IMG/VR virus record: IMGVR_UViG_3300017758_004567
Coordinates: 1-26,960 of that record
Reading direction: 5' to 3' (one strand)
DNA length: 26,960 nucleotides
DNA from: a virus
Taxonomy: Duplodnaviria; Caudoviricetes
Below the pieces are notes generated by a model, which saw nothing but the letters and a program-made list of their open reading frames with translations, ran no database searches and was not told the origin of the DNA. This document shows positions 25,974 to 26,960 of the stretch, one piece after another (the first letter of the stretch is position 1; each line of letters begins with the position of its first letter). The translations under genes and the position numbers were made by a program.

Positions 25974-26902
25974 AACATTTAGAAGATACTCCATGGTGGA
26001 TTTGTGATTCAGATGATACAAATTATGTAGCATATTCAGATACAGATTCAATTTATATACATGCTGAACCTTTATTAAGGCATTTATATCCTGAATTTGA
26101 AACTATGCCTAGTGAAGAGAAAGATGATAAATTAGAAAACATTGCTTTAAAATATCAGGATATTATTACTGATTCCTATGACTCATTAGCCACAAATTGC
26201 TTTAATGCTAAAGGTAAACATAGATTAGAAATGAAAACTGAGTGTGTTATTCGTTCAGCTTATTTTAGAGCTACAAGACGTTATGCTCAATGGATTACAA
26301 AGCAAGAAGGTATTGTAAAGGAATCTCTTGATGTTAAAGGTCTTGAGTTTAAAAAAGCAAATTTTCCACCTGTATTAGGTAAATTTTTCCATAAAACCTT
26401 AGTTGATGTTTTAAAAGGAGCGGAACAAAGTGAAATAGATAATAGATTAAAATTATTTAAAACACAAATTTTAGATGGAACTATTTCTCTTACAGAATTA
26501 GGAAATCCTACATCTGTTAAAAAGTTAAATAAATACACAGAACGTAAAGCTAGAGCAGGAGAAATGTTTTCAATTATAGGTAAAGGAGCACCTGCAGCTG
26601 TTAAAGCAACAATTATTTATAATGATTTGCTTAAATTTTGGGGATTAAATAAGACACACAATTATATTACACAAGGTAGTAAAGTTAAATGGATTTACCT
26701 TAAACCTAATCCTTATCAAATTGATGCGATTGCTTTTTTAGAGTGGGATTTGCCTGAAAAAATTCGTATATTCATTGAGCAATATGCAGATAGAAAGAAA
26801 ATTTTTGAATCAATATTATTAAATAAATTAGAGGGATTTTATAATGATCTGGGTTGGACATTAAACCTAAATCCTTACCAACAAATGTTTTTCAACATAT
26901 GA
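25970..26902 (+). CDS. Family B DNA polymerase, C-terminal part (motif C, thumb)
   Basis: YSDTDSIY, RRYA, VKGLE. ATGA overlap with the N-terminal part. Confidence 0.92.
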   Translation: MKHLEDTPWWICDSDDTNYVAYSDTDSIYIHAEPLLRHLYPEFETMPSEEKDDKLENIALKYQDIITDSYDSLATNCFNAKGKHRLEMKTECVIRSAYFRATRRYAQWITKQEGIVKESLDVKGLEFKKANFPPVLGKFFHKTLVDVLKGAEQSEIDNRLKLFKTQILDGTISLTELGNPTSVKKLNKYTERKARAGEMFSIIGKGAPAAVKATIIYNDLLKFWGLNKTHNYITQGSKVKWIYLKPNPYQIDAIAFLEWDLPEKIRIFIEQYADRKKIFESILLNKLEGFYNDLGWTLNLNPYQQMFFNI

Positions 26903-26960
26903 TAAATAAACAAAAACTACAATCAGTAATTAACAAATATTATTTAAATGTTAATGAAGC
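26899..26960 (+). CDS. Start of the next gene, truncated by the window edge
   Basis: ATGA overlap, MINKQKLQSVINKYYLNVNE..., open to the end of the window. Confidence 0.55.
   Translation, partial: MINKQKLQSVINKYYLNVNE

Noticed and set aside
25940-25990. Intron, intein, stop-codon recoding or programmed frameshift explaining the polB split
   Set aside because: No inserted sequence is present, the halves are in different frames so readthrough cannot join them, no slippery heptamer is seen, and other genes are intact under the standard code.
1240-26538. All minus-strand ORFs in the track (e.g. 4982..5383, 7197..7556, 21041..21424, 22243..22791, 26287..26538)
   Set aside because: They lie antisense to well-supported genes, have Ser/Phe/Ile-rich antisense composition and show no promoter motif.
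1-26960. tRNA or rRNA genes
   Set aside because: Intergenic gaps are short and no cloverleaf or T-loop consensus was seen.

Overview
AT-rich, densely coding window with every credible gene on the + strand. It comes from a large lytic dsDNA phage, most likely infecting Bacteroidota (Flavobacteriia). The host call rests on Bacteroidota-type TTG..TAnnTT promoters, A-rich leaders lacking Shine-Dalgarno sites, a Gln-start signal peptide and a Cys-free QueC. Modules in order: (1) replication/recombination: a short divergent PolA-like protein, gp32-like SSB, RecA/UvsX, FEN/RNase H, DnaB-like helicase, NrdB and NrdA. (2) After a terminator, an envelope/lysis block: membrane proteins, an outer-membrane-protein candidate, amidase endolysin and holin. 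(3) Small genes with repeated promoter cassettes, an HNH nuclease and UvsE. (4) A 7-deazaguanine cluster (TGT/DpdA-like, queC, queD, queE, folE) interleaved with a phosphoribosyltransferase, a MazG-like NTP pyrophosphatase and an SNase. It runs directly into a family-B DNA polymerase split across two genes. The most interesting inference is a possible nucleotide-level (pre-replicative) route to guanine-substituted DNA, with two candidate small RNA elements in front of queC and queE. All calls come from motif reading by eye; no database searches were run.
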